A stretch of DNA of 64,000 nt from an uncultured SAR86 cluster bacterium (GTDB lineage: Bacteria > Pseudomonadota > Gammaproteobacteria > Magnimaribacterales > Magnimaribacteraceae): the NCBI GenBank assembly GCA_902605935.1, contig CACLEI010000002.1, positions 2,302 to 66,301 on the forward strand, in the 5' to 3' direction. The translations under genes were made by a program, and so were the position numbers. A model generated the notes under the pieces. It was not told the origin of the DNA and did not search any database. It was given only the letters and a program-made list of their open reading frames with translations. Positions 8,252 to 19,046 of the stretch are shown piece after piece (position 1 is the stretch's first letter; the number at the start of each line of letters is the position of its first letter).

Positions 8252-8569
8252 ATGACCTTGCTTGAAAAGGTTAGTGTAGAAAAAAAGGCTAACTTTTATT
8301 TTGATGGAAAGGTAACAAGTAGAAACGTACTCTTTGCAGATGGAAGTAAAAAAACCCTCGGAATTATGCTTCCTGGTGAATATGAATTTAATACCAGCCA
8401 GAAAGAATTAATGGAAATTACATCTGGTGAAATTGAGGTATTAATTTCTGGAGAGGAGAATTGGAAAGAATTGAAGGCTGGTATGTCTTTTGAAGTTCCA
8501 AAAGACTCTTCTTTTAAACTTAAAGTACAAACTATATTTGACTACTGTTGCTCCTATTTAGAGGACTAA
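8252..8569 (+). CDS. ppnP: Pyrimidine/purine nucleoside phosphorylase (DUF1255)
   Basis: KKANFYFDGKVTSR...TLGIMLPGEYEFNT...DYCCSY. Confidence 0.92.
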   Translation: MTLLEKVSVEKKANFYFDGKVTSRNVLFADGSKKTLGIMLPGEYEFNTSQKELMEITSGEIEVLISGEENWKELKAGMSFEVPKDSSFKLKVQTIFDYCCSYLED

Positions 8570-8572
8570 GGG

Positions 8573-9973
8573 TTACTTTTTCTTTTTTCTATTTTGAATA
8601 TGAATAGCCTTTTGATTCATCCCAAGTGTCGCCTCGTGAAGAGCCTCTGAGACAGTGGGGTGACTGAATATAGTTGAACTAAATTTTTCTGATGTTATTT
8701 CATTATCCATTGCAATCAAGCCTTGGTGCATAATCTCGGATGCAGAAGGTCCAAAAACCTGAATGCCTAATATTTGATCTGTTTCATTATCAGCATGGAT
8801 GGTAACAGACCCAGTTGACTCACCAGATGATAAAGCTCTTCCACTAGCTGCAAAAGGGAAAGATCCAGATTTGTAGTCTACATCTAAACTCTTAAGCTCT
8901 TTTTCGTTTTTACCTACCCAAGCAACCTCAGGATGGGTATAAATTACATTAGGAATATGAGCGTAATTTATAAGAAAATTCTCACCGGCTATTCTTTCCG
9001 AAACCATAATCCCTTCCTCTGAAGCTTTATGAGCTAGCATTGGTCCTCTCACGACATCTCCAATTGCCCATATGGTCTTAGTTTTAGTCTGGCAATATTC
9101 ATCGACTTCGATAAAGCCTTTATCATCTATGGAAACTAAATCATTATTGAATAAATCTTGAGTATTGGGCTTTCTTCCAATTGCTATAATCATTTTTTCA
9201 GCCTTCAGATTAATATCTTCTCCATTTTCTTGGAACTTAACTTCCACACCAGTCGTTGTATCTGAAATATCTAAAATGTTAGACCCAAATCTTATATCTA
9301 ACCCTTGTCTATTAAATTCTCTAAGAATTTGTCTAGACATCCTTGCATCCAACATTGGCAAGAACTCTTGTTGAGCTTCCAAAATTGTTACTTCTGACCC
9401 TAATCTTGCCCAAACACTTCCTAATTCCAGCCCGATTATTCCTGCTCCAATAACTATTAATTGTTTGGGTATTCCTTCAAACTTCAAAGCGCCCTCACTA
9501 TCGACGATGTTGCTTGTGAAGTTGATATTATTTAATTCTGTAGGGCTAGAACCAGTAGCAATAATGATATTCTTGGTTTCATAAATATGACTTTCACCAT
9601 CTTTAGATACTTCAACCGATGTATCAGATGTAACTTTTGCTTTGCCTTCGATCAGATCAATCTTATTAGACTTAAATAACGCACTCACTCCATTAGTAAG
9701 CTGCTTTACGACTTCATCTTTCCTGGACATCATCTTTTTCAAATCAATACTTACATCTTTTATTTCTAGACCATGTTTTGAATACTGGTCTTCCAATTGA
9801 TAATGCTTATATGAAGAATCTAGTAAAGATTTTGATGGAATACAGCCAATATTTAAGCAAGTTCCACCAATAGATGATTGCTCAACACACCCTACTTTCA
9901 GTCCGAGTTGCGCAGCTCTTATTGCAGCGACATATCCTGCCGGTCCGCTTCCAATTATTAAAATGTCGTACAT
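8573..9973 (-). CDS. lpdA: Dihydrolipoamide dehydrogenase
   Basis: GSGPAGYVAAIRAAQLG, GGTCLNIGCIPSK, HPTVSE. Confidence 0.95.
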   Translation of the reverse strand: MYDILIIGSGPAGYVAAIRAAQLGLKVGCVEQSSIGGTCLNIGCIPSKSLLDSSYKHYQLEDQYSKHGLEIKDVSIDLKKMMSRKDEVVKQLTNGVSALFKSNKIDLIEGKAKVTSDTSVEVSKDGESHIYETKNIIIATGSSPTELNNINFTSNIVDSEGALKFEGIPKQLIVIGAGIIGLELGSVWARLGSEVTILEAQQEFLPMLDARMSRQILREFNRQGLDIRFGSNILDISDTTTGVEVKFQENGEDINLKAEKMIIAIGRKPNTQDLFNNDLVSIDDKGFIEVDEYCQTKTKTIWAIGDVVRGPMLAHKASEEGIMVSERIAGENFLINYAHIPNVIYTHPEVAWVGKNEKELKSLDVDYKSGSFPFAASGRALSSGESTGSVTIHADNETDQILGIQVFGPSASEIMHQGLIAMDNEITSEKFSSTIFSHPTVSEALHEATLGMNQKAIHIQNRKKKK

Positions 9974-10095
9974 ACAAAAAGTAGTAATCATATCATCTAT
10001 AAATTCTCCTTATTAATTCTTTATTCTTAGGAGATAAAACTTTAAGGTATATTTATAAAGTGAAAAGAAACTTATTTTGGGGCTTTTAATTAATT

Positions 10096-11100
10096 ATGAT
10101 AAGACTGATACTGATGCTGCCAAATTTTATCCTTCTGTGGTTATCTGGCAAAAAACAAATCACACTAGGAGAAAGAAAATTACTTCCTGCATTTCAACTT
10201 ATTTGTGAGCAAAACGAAAAGTTAGGAATCCAATATAAAGATATCTCTCCAGCAGATTTACGAGCGAATTATATATCTCAGAATATTGCCAAGATTGGCC
10301 TTGAAGAGATAATTACTTCAAGCCACAAAGTGCCAGTTGACGGTGATACTATAGAGGTAAGGGAATATTCTTCTGGAAAAATTAACAAATCTGGATCATC
10401 ACTAGTTTACTTTCATGGAGGCGGTTGGGTAATTGGTGATACCGATACTCATGACAATGTCTGCAGGTATATCTGCAAAAAATTAAATATAAAAATATTT
10501 TCAGTAAATTACAGACTCTCACCAGAATATAAATTTCCTATTCCCTTTAATGATTGCTTTGATGCTTACGAATGGATATCAAATCATGCAGAGCTCTTAG
10601 AGGTTGATCCAGAAATGATATCAGTCGGTGGAGACAGTGCCGGAGGAAACTTAGCTACTTCAATATGTATTGAGAGGAAGAAAAAAGAAAAACCTCTACC
10701 AAATGCTCAACTTCTTATCTACCCTGCGACCGACCTTAGATTGGTAACTAATTCAATGATAAAAGATTGTAATGAAGGATATGTGCTTACTGAGGAGTTG
10801 ATGAAGTGGTTTGTTGATCATTATCTGGATTCGGATGAACTAAAAAATGATCCACGAGTTTCGCCTTTGCTGGCAGAGAAGTTTGATGGCCTTCCCCCGG
10901 CTTTAATTATCACAGCCGGTTTTGATCCATTAAGAGATGAAGGACTGCAATATTCAGAAAAGATGAAACAAGACAGTGTAACTGTTGTTTATAAAGAATA
11001 TTCGGCTTATATCCATGGCTTCTTTAATATGCTACAAGTTCCAGGTATAAAAAAATCTATTGATGAGATATGTGAGGAGTTTAAAGAGCTTACAAAATAA
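10096..11100 (+). CDS. Alpha/beta hydrolase, HSL-family esterase/lipase
   Basis: HGGG, GDSAGG, DPLRDEG, HGF. Confidence 0.92.
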   Translation: MIRLILMLPNFILLWLSGKKQITLGERKLLPAFQLICEQNEKLGIQYKDISPADLRANYISQNIAKIGLEEIITSSHKVPVDGDTIEVREYSSGKINKSGSSLVYFHGGGWVIGDTDTHDNVCRYICKKLNIKIFSVNYRLSPEYKFPIPFNDCFDAYEWISNHAELLEVDPEMISVGGDSAGGNLATSICIERKKKEKPLPNAQLLIYPATDLRLVTNSMIKDCNEGYVLTEELMKWFVDHYLDSDELKNDPRVSPLLAEKFDGLPPALIITAGFDPLRDEGLQYSEKMKQDSVTVVYKEYSAYIHGFFNMLQVPGIKKSIDEICEEFKELTK

Positions 11101-11123
11101 AAGGCCCCTATGGACCTTTTATT
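11096..11123 (-). terminator. Intrinsic terminator, possibly bidirectional
   Basis: Minus strand AAAAGGTCC-ATAG-GGGCCTTTTATT between convergent genes. Confidence 0.65.
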
Positions 11124-11141
11124 AATCAATAATGTGAAACT

Positions 11142-12389
11142 CTAATCTCTTGTGACAATAGTTTCAGTAGATTGGTCGGAATATTTAGAAAGCTCTTCCC
11201 TCGCAATTACTCTTCTATGCACTTCATCAGGTCCATCAGCTAATCTGAGTGTTCTCATGTGAGCGTACATGCTTGCTAGAGGAAAGTCCTGACTGACTCC
11301 GCCACCACCATGCATTTGTATTGCTCTGTCGATTAACCTGCATGCAACAATAGGTACATGTACCTTTATTTGTGCAATTTCACTTCTAGCTACTTTATTT
11401 CCGACTGTATCCATCATATGAGCAGCATTTAAAGTGAGTAATCTAGATGTTTCAATATCTATTCTGCTTTCAGCTATATAGTCATAGTTTGCGCCTAAAG
11501 TTGAAATTTTCTTTCCAAATGCAACTCTTTCTTCAGATCTTTTAATCATAAATTCAAGTGCCCTTTCCATAACACCGATGGTTCTCATGCAATGATGAAT
11601 TCTTCCAGGTCCTAATCTTCCTTGAGATATTTCAAAACCTCTCCCTTCACCAAGAAGTAAATTCTCTTTTGGTACTCTTACATCTTTAAACGATACACGA
11701 CCGTGTCCGTGAGGGGCATCATCGTAGCCAAATACGTGCATCATTTGTTCAATTTTTATTCCAGGAGTATCCATTGGAACAATAATCTGCGATTGCCTTT
11801 GATGTTTAGGATTGTCTGGATTTGTCATGCACATAAAAATGAGAACTTTACAACGAGGATCGCCTGCTCCTGATGTCCACCACTTCTCACCGTTTATCAC
11901 ATACTCATCTCCGTCTAACACAGCAGATGAACAAATATTTGTGGCATCAGAAGAAGCAACCGCAGGTTCAGTCATTGCAAAAGCAGATCTTATCTCCCCA
12001 TTCAATAAAGGCTTTAACCATCTTTCTTGTTGCTCCTCATTCGCATATCTTGCCAAAACTTCCATATTTCCAGTATCTGGAGCTGAGCAATTAAATATTT
12101 CTGAAGCTAAACCTGATCTTCCCATAATTTCAGCTAAAGGCGCATAATCCAAGTTACTCATGCTTTCACCCATAGGATTCTCGGGAAGAAATAAATTCCA
12201 AAGACCTTCAGATTTTGCTATTTCTTTTTTGTCTTCAATTATTTGCGGAATTTGCCATCTATCTCCTTGCTGCGTAAATTCTTCCATTTGTTGGGCATAT
12301 ATAGCTTCCGCCGGATAAACATGATCATCTAAAAATTTAGAGATACGCAATTGCAAATCTTTGGATCTATCAGAAAATTCAAAACTCAT
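11142..12389 (-). CDS. Acyl-CoA dehydrogenase (ACAD10/11-like)
   Basis: [52 protein letters not shown]. Confidence 0.93.
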   Translation of the reverse strand: MSFEFSDRSKDLQLRISKFLDDHVYPAEAIYAQQMEEFTQQGDRWQIPQIIEDKKEIAKSEGLWNLFLPENPMGESMSNLDYAPLAEIMGRSGLASEIFNCSAPDTGNMEVLARYANEEQQERWLKPLLNGEIRSAFAMTEPAVASSDATNICSSAVLDGDEYVINGEKWWTSGAGDPRCKVLIFMCMTNPDNPKHQRQSQIIVPMDTPGIKIEQMMHVFGYDDAPHGHGRVSFKDVRVPKENLLLGEGRGFEISQGRLGPGRIHHCMRTIGVMERALEFMIKRSEERVAFGKKISTLGANYDYIAESRIDIETSRLLTLNAAHMMDTVGNKVARSEIAQIKVHVPIVACRLIDRAIQMHGGGGVSQDFPLASMYAHMRTLRLADGPDEVHRRVIAREELSKYSDQSTETIVTRD

Positions 12390-12414
12390 TTTTTTCCCCT
12401 TATCATTTATATAA

Positions 12415-12460
12415 ATACCATTTTGGTATATTATAAATCTTAGTTATAACGTTTTATTAT
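12415..12460. promoter_or_regulatory. Cluster of LysR-type T-N11-A boxes
   Basis: ATACCA-TTT-TGGTAT (12415-29), ATAA-N7-TTAT (12433-47 and 12446-60) in the divergent ACAD/LysR spacer. Confidence 0.5.
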
Positions 12461-12538
12461 CAATTTTGTAAATCATAGAGATATATAACTCTTTAGTCTA
12501 TAAAACTCAGTTAATTCTGCAAAAAAATCTAATCCAAT

Positions 12539-13447
12539 ATGAAAATTAAAGATACAGACCTAAATTTATTCATAGCATTTGATGTCATCTACACAGAAAA
12601 AAACTTGACTAAATCTGGGCAGGTTCTCGGTATAACACAACCGGCCGTAAGTAATGCGTTGGCAAGGTTAAGGGACCTTTTTAACGATGAGTTGTTTATA
12701 AGAACATCAAGAGGAATGATTCCAACACCTGTTGCAAATCAATTGATTGGAGATATAAGAAACGCTTTATCGCTTATACAGAATACAATTTCTGTAAGTG
12801 AAAAGTTTGATCCCTCAACTGCAAACATGACTTTTAAAATTTCAATTGGTGATACCTCAGAATATAGACTTCTTCCTTTATTGATCAAAGAACTTGCAGA
12901 GATAGCTCCTAAGGTAAAAGTTGAGACTTACCTCACTGCACGAAAAGATGCTCCTAGAGAACTTGCATCAGGTGCAATAGATTTTAGCATTGACCCTCCC
13001 CTTCAAAGTGATCAACACCTCAAACATGAAAAAATATATCAAGAAGATTATGTGATGATCGTAAGAAAAGATCATCCAATACTAAAAAAACAAAAAATTA
13101 CTATAGAAGATTATTTAGATCTATCACATATCCATATTTCAAACAGAAAGACTGGGATGGGTCATGTAGATATGACTTTGTACAAATTGGGTTTAAGTAG
13201 GGATATATATTTAAGAGCTCAACACTTCCTAGTGGCACCTTACATTGTTGAACAGTCAGATATGGCCATAACAACCACAAAAGGATTTGCCGTTGATAGA
13301 AATCTAGCTTGGCGAGAATTACCTTTTGATATTGACCCACTGGTTTTGCATCTATATTGGCATGAGAATAATGACAACGAGTCCTCATCAAAATGGATGA
13401 GGGATTTAATGCTAAAAACCTACGGAAAACTGCAAAAAGTAAATTAA
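12539..13447 (+). CDS. LysR family transcriptional regulator (NodD/LeuO-like)
   Basis: DLNL...TQPAVSNALARLR...LFIR helix-turn-helix; 302 aa. Confidence 0.93.
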   Translation: MKIKDTDLNLFIAFDVIYTEKNLTKSGQVLGITQPAVSNALARLRDLFNDELFIRTSRGMIPTPVANQLIGDIRNALSLIQNTISVSEKFDPSTANMTFKISIGDTSEYRLLPLLIKELAEIAPKVKVETYLTARKDAPRELASGAIDFSIDPPLQSDQHLKHEKIYQEDYVMIVRKDHPILKKQKITIEDYLDLSHIHISNRKTGMGHVDMTLYKLGLSRDIYLRAQHFLVAPYIVEQSDMAITTTKGFAVDRNLAWRELPFDIDPLVLHLYWHENNDNESSSKWMRDLMLKTYGKLQKVN

Positions 13448-13451
13448 CTAT

Positions 13452-13536
<85 letters not shown>

Positions 13537-13575
13537 GAGAGCGATCATTATAGGCATACAATTGAAGAATGTAAC

Positions 13576-14253
13576 CTATTCGTTTTCAGCCTGCGATAGA
13601 GCTAACTCCAGATCATTAAGCTGCTCTCTTAGATTAAGTAATGATTGATTTACCTGAACACGATATGCATTGAAGGAGTCAATACTTTCCTCAATATCTG
13701 CCAATCTGTCTGATCCTGTTTCATTAGCAGCAATATCATCAAAATTATCTAGCTGACTATTAATATTATCTTGAATATTTTTAATCCTAGCTAACTCAAG
13801 TGTTAGAGCTCTTTGTTGAGCGGATAAAACTGCGTCTTTTTTGTCTATGCTTTCAATTTTCTCATTCAAATTTTCAATTGAATTTAGATTTTCGGATATA
13901 TTTTTTCTATTTCTCTTATTGCTAAGATCCCATAACTTTCTTACTTCTTTATTAATAAATTTCAAGTCTGCATCGACCTCTTCAGATAAGGTATTTAATT
14001 GTTGATCTTTTTCAGCAATGCTTTCTTCCAAGACGCTAATTCTTTCAACAAAATTTTGTCCAGCTTGTTGTTGATTCCCTGAGGTATTAAAAAACCACAA
14101 GAACAGAATTATTAAACCAATTGAATTTAATATAAGAACCAAAGAGGAGAATAAAAAACTTCCTCCACCTGTTTTTCTTCCCCTTCTATTCGAAGACAAA
14201 TCTGGTCTTTCAGGTTTTATATCCTTTTTTTCTTCGCTAAGATTTTGATTCAT
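13576..14253 (-). CDS. Hypothetical membrane-anchored coiled-coil protein
   Basis: One TM helix, then heptad-rich region with EVRKLWD and SIDSFNAYRVQVN. Confidence 0.75.
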   Translation of the reverse strand: MNQNLSEEKKDIKPERPDLSSNRRGRKTGGGSFLFSSLVLILNSIGLIILFLWFFNTSGNQQQAGQNFVERISVLEESIAEKDQQLNTLSEEVDADLKFINKEVRKLWDLSNKRNRKNISENLNSIENLNEKIESIDKKDAVLSAQQRALTLELARIKNIQDNINSQLDNFDDIAANETGSDRLADIEESIDSFNAYRVQVNQSLLNLREQLNDLELALSQAENE

Positions 14254-14361
14254 AGTTTTTTAAATTGCTCTTTCATTCTATTTGATCGCATATACAATAG
14301 ATTCTAAAATAGAGTTTAACAATTAATCTAAAATAGAATTAGATCTAAATAGAGGAATATT

Positions 14362-15465
14362 ATGAATTTTGAATTTTCTGCTGATCAAATGCAATTAAAA
14401 GATATTGCTAGAAAATTTCTTGAAAAAGAAGAATCAGTTAAAAGAGCCAGAAATGTATTAGAAGGAGAAGCATCTTACGATGAAGATCTCTGGTCTCAAA
14501 TCATAGAAATGGGTTTCACCGCTACTGCAATTCCTGAAGAATATGGCGGACTAGGATTAGGCTACTTGGAGTTATGTGTTATTGCTGAAGAGCTAGGAAG
14601 AAGTTTGGCTCCAACGCCCTTTTCTTCAAGTGTATACCTAGCTTCTGAAGCCATAATAAATTTCGGGGACGAGTCTCAAAAACAATCTTATCTTCCCGGC
14701 CTTGCATCAGGAGAAAAAATAGGTGCATTTGCTCATAGTGAAACCAATACATCCCCTACAGAAACTAATATCAGTTGTTCTTTTTCCGGTGGGACTTTAT
14801 CGGGTACAAAAATTGCTGTAGCAGACGGAGATGTGGCAAATACTTTTATAGTGACAGCTAATAATGGTTCAGGTGTAGGCCTTTATTTGGTTGACGGCAC
14901 AGCTGATGGCATAGAAATGGAACCTCAAGCTACTCTAGATCCTTCAAGATCTCATGCCTCTATCACTTTTAGCAATACTCCGGCGACTGAACTTAAGTCA
15001 GACTGGTCAGATGTTCTAAGCTTACTTGATAGAGCAGCTGTTTTATTTTCCTTTGAGCAATTAGGAGGTGCAGAAGCTTGCATGGATATGGCTAAGGAAT
15101 ATGCTATGGGAAGATATGCATTTGGAAGATCTATTGCATCCTTCCAGGCAATTAAACATAAACTGGCAGATATGTTTATAGCTGTTGAACTTGCTCGTTC
15201 AAATTGCTACTACGGAGCTTGGGCGTTAAGTACCGATGCTCCAGAATTGCCCACTGCTGCTGCTACATGTCGCGTAAGTGCAAGTCAGGCCTTTCATGAG
15301 TGCTCGAAAGAAAATATTCAAACTCATGGAGGTATGGGTTTTACTTGGGAATTTGACTGTCATCTCTACTATAGAAGATGTCGTCAACTTGCTGCCAATA
15401 TAGGTAGCCAATCAATTTGGAAAGATAAACTAATCGGTTCTTTAGAAAGAGCCAATCAAATATAG
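14362..15465 (+). CDS. Acyl-CoA dehydrogenase, short subunit
   Basis: IPEEYGGLG, FGRSIASFQAIKHKLAD, IQTHGGMGFTWE. Confidence 0.92.
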   Translation: MNFEFSADQMQLKDIARKFLEKEESVKRARNVLEGEASYDEDLWSQIIEMGFTATAIPEEYGGLGLGYLELCVIAEELGRSLAPTPFSSSVYLASEAIINFGDESQKQSYLPGLASGEKIGAFAHSETNTSPTETNISCSFSGGTLSGTKIAVADGDVANTFIVTANNGSGVGLYLVDGTADGIEMEPQATLDPSRSHASITFSNTPATELKSDWSDVLSLLDRAAVLFSFEQLGGAEACMDMAKEYAMGRYAFGRSIASFQAIKHKLADMFIAVELARSNCYYGAWALSTDAPELPTAAATCRVSASQAFHECSKENIQTHGGMGFTWEFDCHLYYRRCRQLAANIGSQSIWKDKLIGSLERANQI

Positions 15466-15474
15466 GAGAAAGAT

Positions 15475-16704
15475 ATGGACTTTAATGATACTCCCGAAGA
15501 AGCTAAATTTAGAAAAGAAGCTTACGAGTGGCTTGCATCAAATGCTGAGCTTAAAGAAGGACCAAAAGACAGTTGGAGAGCCTCATCAGAAGAAGAAGGC
15601 CTAAAGCAGGTCAAAGTTTGGCAAAAGAAACTTCATGAAGGTGGCTGGGCGTGTCTTCATTGGCCTAAAACATATGGTGGCAGAGAATCAACTCCTATAG
15701 AGAGGGTGATATGGGGCCAAGAAGTCTCGAAATTCAAAGTACCTGGAGGCTATCTTGAAATTGGTCAAGGAATGGCTGGACCGGTAATGATGATGTATGC
15801 AACTGAGGAACAAAAAGAAAGGTATCTACCGCCTCTAGCTACCGGCGAAGAAATCTGGTGTCAACTTTTCAGTGAACCAGCTGCAGGATCTGATGTGGCA
15901 GGTATCAAAACTAAAGCCGAACTGGATGGGGATACTTGGACTATTAATGGACAAAAGGTTTGGACTTCCGGTGCCCACTTCAGTGATTACGGAATACTTG
16001 TAACCAGAAGTGATCCCTCTGCACCTAAGCACAAAGGTTTAACTTTCTTTTTTGTAGATATGAAATCTCCAGGAATAGAAGTGAAGCCAATAAAACAAAT
16101 TTCCGGTGGAGCGAATTTCAATGAAGTCTATTTCACAGATGTGAAAATACCTGATAGTCAAAGGCTCGGGGCCGTAGGAGATGGGTGGAAAGTATCTCTT
16201 ACTACTCTAATGAATGAAAGATTAGCTGTTGGTGATGCCTCAGGACCTGATTTCGAAGAAGCTTTTTCTTTAGCCAGGGGACAAGACCTAAATGGCAAAT
16301 TAGCTATCGAGAATGATTCGGTCAGAGAAAAGCTAGCTGATTGGTATTGTCAACAGAGTGGGTTGAAATATGCAAAGTATAGAAATATTTCAGCCCTATC
16401 AAGAGGTGAAACACCTGGGCCACAATCATCTATAACTAAAATAGTAAGTGGAAATAAACTTCAAGAAATTGCTAATTTTGGTTTAGATATGCTTGATTCT
16501 GCTGGTATTTTGAGAACAGATGAAGAAGGTGCCGAACAGTCTATGTATCAATATGGATTTTATGGAGCTGCTGGAATAAGAATTGCCGGTGGTACAGATG
16601 AGATTCTTAAAAATATTATTTCAGAACAGGTACTTGGTATGCCTCAAGACATGAGAGCAGATAAAGGACTACCTTTTAACGAAATACCTACAGGAAATAA
16701 GTAG
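15475..16704 (+). CDS. Acyl-CoA dehydrogenase, long subunit
   Basis: WCQLFSEPAAGSD, FNEVYF, LMNER, IAGGTDEI. Confidence 0.92.
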   Translation: MDFNDTPEEAKFRKEAYEWLASNAELKEGPKDSWRASSEEEGLKQVKVWQKKLHEGGWACLHWPKTYGGRESTPIERVIWGQEVSKFKVPGGYLEIGQGMAGPVMMMYATEEQKERYLPPLATGEEIWCQLFSEPAAGSDVAGIKTKAELDGDTWTINGQKVWTSGAHFSDYGILVTRSDPSAPKHKGLTFFFVDMKSPGIEVKPIKQISGGANFNEVYFTDVKIPDSQRLGAVGDGWKVSLTTLMNERLAVGDASGPDFEEAFSLARGQDLNGKLAIENDSVREKLADWYCQQSGLKYAKYRNISALSRGETPGPQSSITKIVSGNKLQEIANFGLDMLDSAGILRTDEEGAEQSMYQYGFYGAAGIRIAGGTDEILKNIISEQVLGMPQDMRADKGLPFNEIPTGNK

Positions 16705-16719
16705 AGAAAAAAATATCAA

Positions 16720-16765
16720 AAAAGGCGCAAACTCTTTTTTATATTCTGAGTTCGCGCCTTTTTCT
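16720..16765. terminator. Terminator-like hairpin after the ACAD pair, overlapping the mnmC 5' region
   Basis: AAAAGGCGCAAACTC...GAGTTCGCGCCTTTTT inverted repeat with A/T tails. Confidence 0.6.
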
Positions 16766-16804
16766 TTAAAAAATAATACCCTCTTCTCAGAAGAATTTGA
16801 TGAT

Positions 16805-18517
16805 TTGTACTCTTCTGTAAAGGGTGCAGTTGCCGAATGTAATCATGTATTTATAAAAGGCAATAATCTCAACGAAAGGTTTGAAAACTTGGAAGAAAAT
16901 TCTAAGTTTTTTATTGGTGAAATAGGTTTTGGTATCGGAATTAATTTTTTAACCACATGCAAGAGTTGGTTGAATCATGCAAAGCAAAATCAGGTTTTAG
17001 AGTTTTACTCGTTTGATAAATATTTATTTAGATTGAGTGATTTTAAAAAATTATATATTTCTTGCCCGGATCTTAAAGAATATATTTCAGAATTTGAACT
17101 TAGTTATCCAAGAAATATTCAAGGTGCTCAAAAAATATCATTATTTGATGGGAGAATTATTCTTAATTTAATAATTGGAGAAATTGAAAGTACTCAAGAA
17201 TATATTAAATTAATGAATAAAGTAGATGCGTGGTATCTAGATGGATTCTCTCCTTCAAAAAATCCAGATCTTTGGTCAAAAAAGCTATTTAAGTGTATTC
17301 ATAAATCTTGTCATGAAAAAACTACATTTTCTACCTATACGTCATCTGGATTTGTTAAAAATAATTTAACCGAATCTGGTTTTAATCATAATAGAGAAGA
17401 GGGTTTTTCAGAAAAAAGACACATGCTTAAAGGTAATGTCGATACGCGACTAAAAAAGAATACTTCAAATACCAAAGTGGCAGTTATAGGATCTGGGATA
17501 ACAGGATGTGTATTGAGTTACACACTTGCCAAAAAAGGCATAGAAGTTGATTTGTATGAAAAGTCTGACAAAATTTGTTCAGGTGCATCTTCACATGAGC
17601 TACTCGTAACCTATCCCAGACTTTCTGCCCACGACACTGCTTTTGGTTCTTTCACCCTCCATTCATATATCTTTGCAACAAATTTTTATAAACGGTTAAA
17701 AACAGATGCATGGAAAAGAACAGGAGTTATTATCCTCAACCATGATGCAGCTACTGAAAAGAGACAATCATCTCTCCTTGAAAAAAGAGCTGATGGGGAG
17801 ATCTACCGATTTATTGATCCTAATGAAGCATCAGACATATCAGGAATAGACATTAAATTTAATGGGCTTTTCTATGAAGATGCAGGATATATCCTGCCTG
17901 AAGAGATGTGTAAATTTCTCATAGAATCTCAAAAAATAAATGTTTTTACTTCTTCTCGTATAAAAAACATAACGAAAAATAGAGAAACTGTTCATTTGAA
18001 TATCGGAAAGCAAGAATTTGAATATCAGAATGTTTGCTTATGTACGGGCAGCGATACTACTGAGATTTTCGATATTGATGCCATCGGTATAAAAAGAGGT
18101 CAAGTAACCCACATAGAAAGTCTAGATAGTGTTTCAAAAATAAAATTACCTATTTGCGCAAAAGGATATATTTCACCTCGAGTAAATAGTATCCATCTAG
18201 TCGGCTCAAGTTATAGCGATAATGAAGATACTGATTTATCTGAAGAAGAACATCTATATAATTTGAATAACTTAAAGTTACTAATAGATGAAGAAATGAA
18301 TGTAGTCTCTGGACAAACAGGTCACAGAGCAGTTTCTAAAGACCATATGCCTATTGTGGGAAAGAAAGATGGTATCTATATCAACACCTGTCATGGCTCT
18401 AGGGCGTCTGTTACTGCCCCTATTAGCGCTGAAATTATTGCCAGTATGATCGTTGGAGAGGCACCTCCTTTGATGGGTAGAGAATTAGAGTCTTTGTCTC
18501 CTGAAAGGTTTAATTAA
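16805..18517 (+). CDS. mnmC: Bifunctional tRNA mnm5s2U34 methyltransferase / FAD oxidoreductase; true start probably upstream of 16805
   Basis: EIGFGIGINF, VDAWYLDGFSPSKNPDLW, VIGSGITG, RGQVT, HGSR. The in-frame upstream FSEEFDDLY matches the MnmC N-terminal motif. Confidence 0.9.
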   Translation: MYSSVKGAVAECNHVFIKGNNLNERFENLEENSKFFIGEIGFGIGINFLTTCKSWLNHAKQNQVLEFYSFDKYLFRLSDFKKLYISCPDLKEYISEFELSYPRNIQGAQKISLFDGRIILNLIIGEIESTQEYIKLMNKVDAWYLDGFSPSKNPDLWSKKLFKCIHKSCHEKTTFSTYTSSGFVKNNLTESGFNHNREEGFSEKRHMLKGNVDTRLKKNTSNTKVAVIGSGITGCVLSYTLAKKGIEVDLYEKSDKICSGASSHELLVTYPRLSAHDTAFGSFTLHSYIFATNFYKRLKTDAWKRTGVIILNHDAATEKRQSSLLEKRADGEIYRFIDPNEASDISGIDIKFNGLFYEDAGYILPEEMCKFLIESQKINVFTSSRIKNITKNRETVHLNIGKQEFEYQNVCLCTGSDTTEIFDIDAIGIKRGQVTHIESLDSVSKIKLPICAKGYISPRVNSIHLVGSSYSDNEDTDLSEEEHLYNLNNLKLLIDEEMNVVSGQTGHRAVSKDHMPIVGKKDGIYINTCHGSRASVTAPISAEIIASMIVGEAPPLMGRELESLSPERFN

Positions 18518-19037
18518 AATTAGTAAGGACCTCTTGGATTAAAGAATCTACGCCAGCTTGATCATATTTATCACCCCCTCTTTTAAATCTAGTGAAGGCA
18601 TACCACACAACATCGTCAGTCTTTGTATCATGAAGTCTAATTGATATTTCATCTTTTTCTGACCTGATAAAACGTTGGTCCCTCGAATCTAGGTATCCGT
18701 ATCGATAATAACCATAGCCTCCAAGGTCTGTTGATCTTTCTATTTCTCTCATTGTGCCTATATAAAATCTCACTGTTAGATCAGCTTTGTCAGACTTAAT
18801 AAGTCCTTTTTGAGTTAATACAGAGTCTAATGATCTTGCAATTCTTTGAATAAGAATAGGGTTTATGCTGATCATCTCATCTTGATCATCAAGAGACGGC
18901 GCAACGATCGAGTAAGATTTATAAGCAGATAGGTCATACTGTGAATCAGAGTCAGATTGAACAATGAGAGAACTAGCGCATGAAGCAAGAAATAACAAGA
19001 CAGCTACACTAATAGATATTTTAATTTTATGTTTCAT
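18510..19037 (-). CDS. DUF4136-like lipoprotein
   Basis: Lipobox LASC; YDLSAYKSY ... ADLTV ... D.KT..VVW pattern. Confidence 0.75.
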   Translation of the reverse strand: MKHKIKISISVAVLLFLASCASSLIVQSDSDSQYDLSAYKSYSIVAPSLDDQDEMISINPILIQRIARSLDSVLTQKGLIKSDKADLTVRFYIGTMREIERSTDLGGYGYYRYGYLDSRDQRFIRSEKDEISIRLHDTKTDDVVWYAFTRFKRGGDKYDQAGVDSLIQEVLTNFN

Positions 19038-19046
19038 ATATAAATT

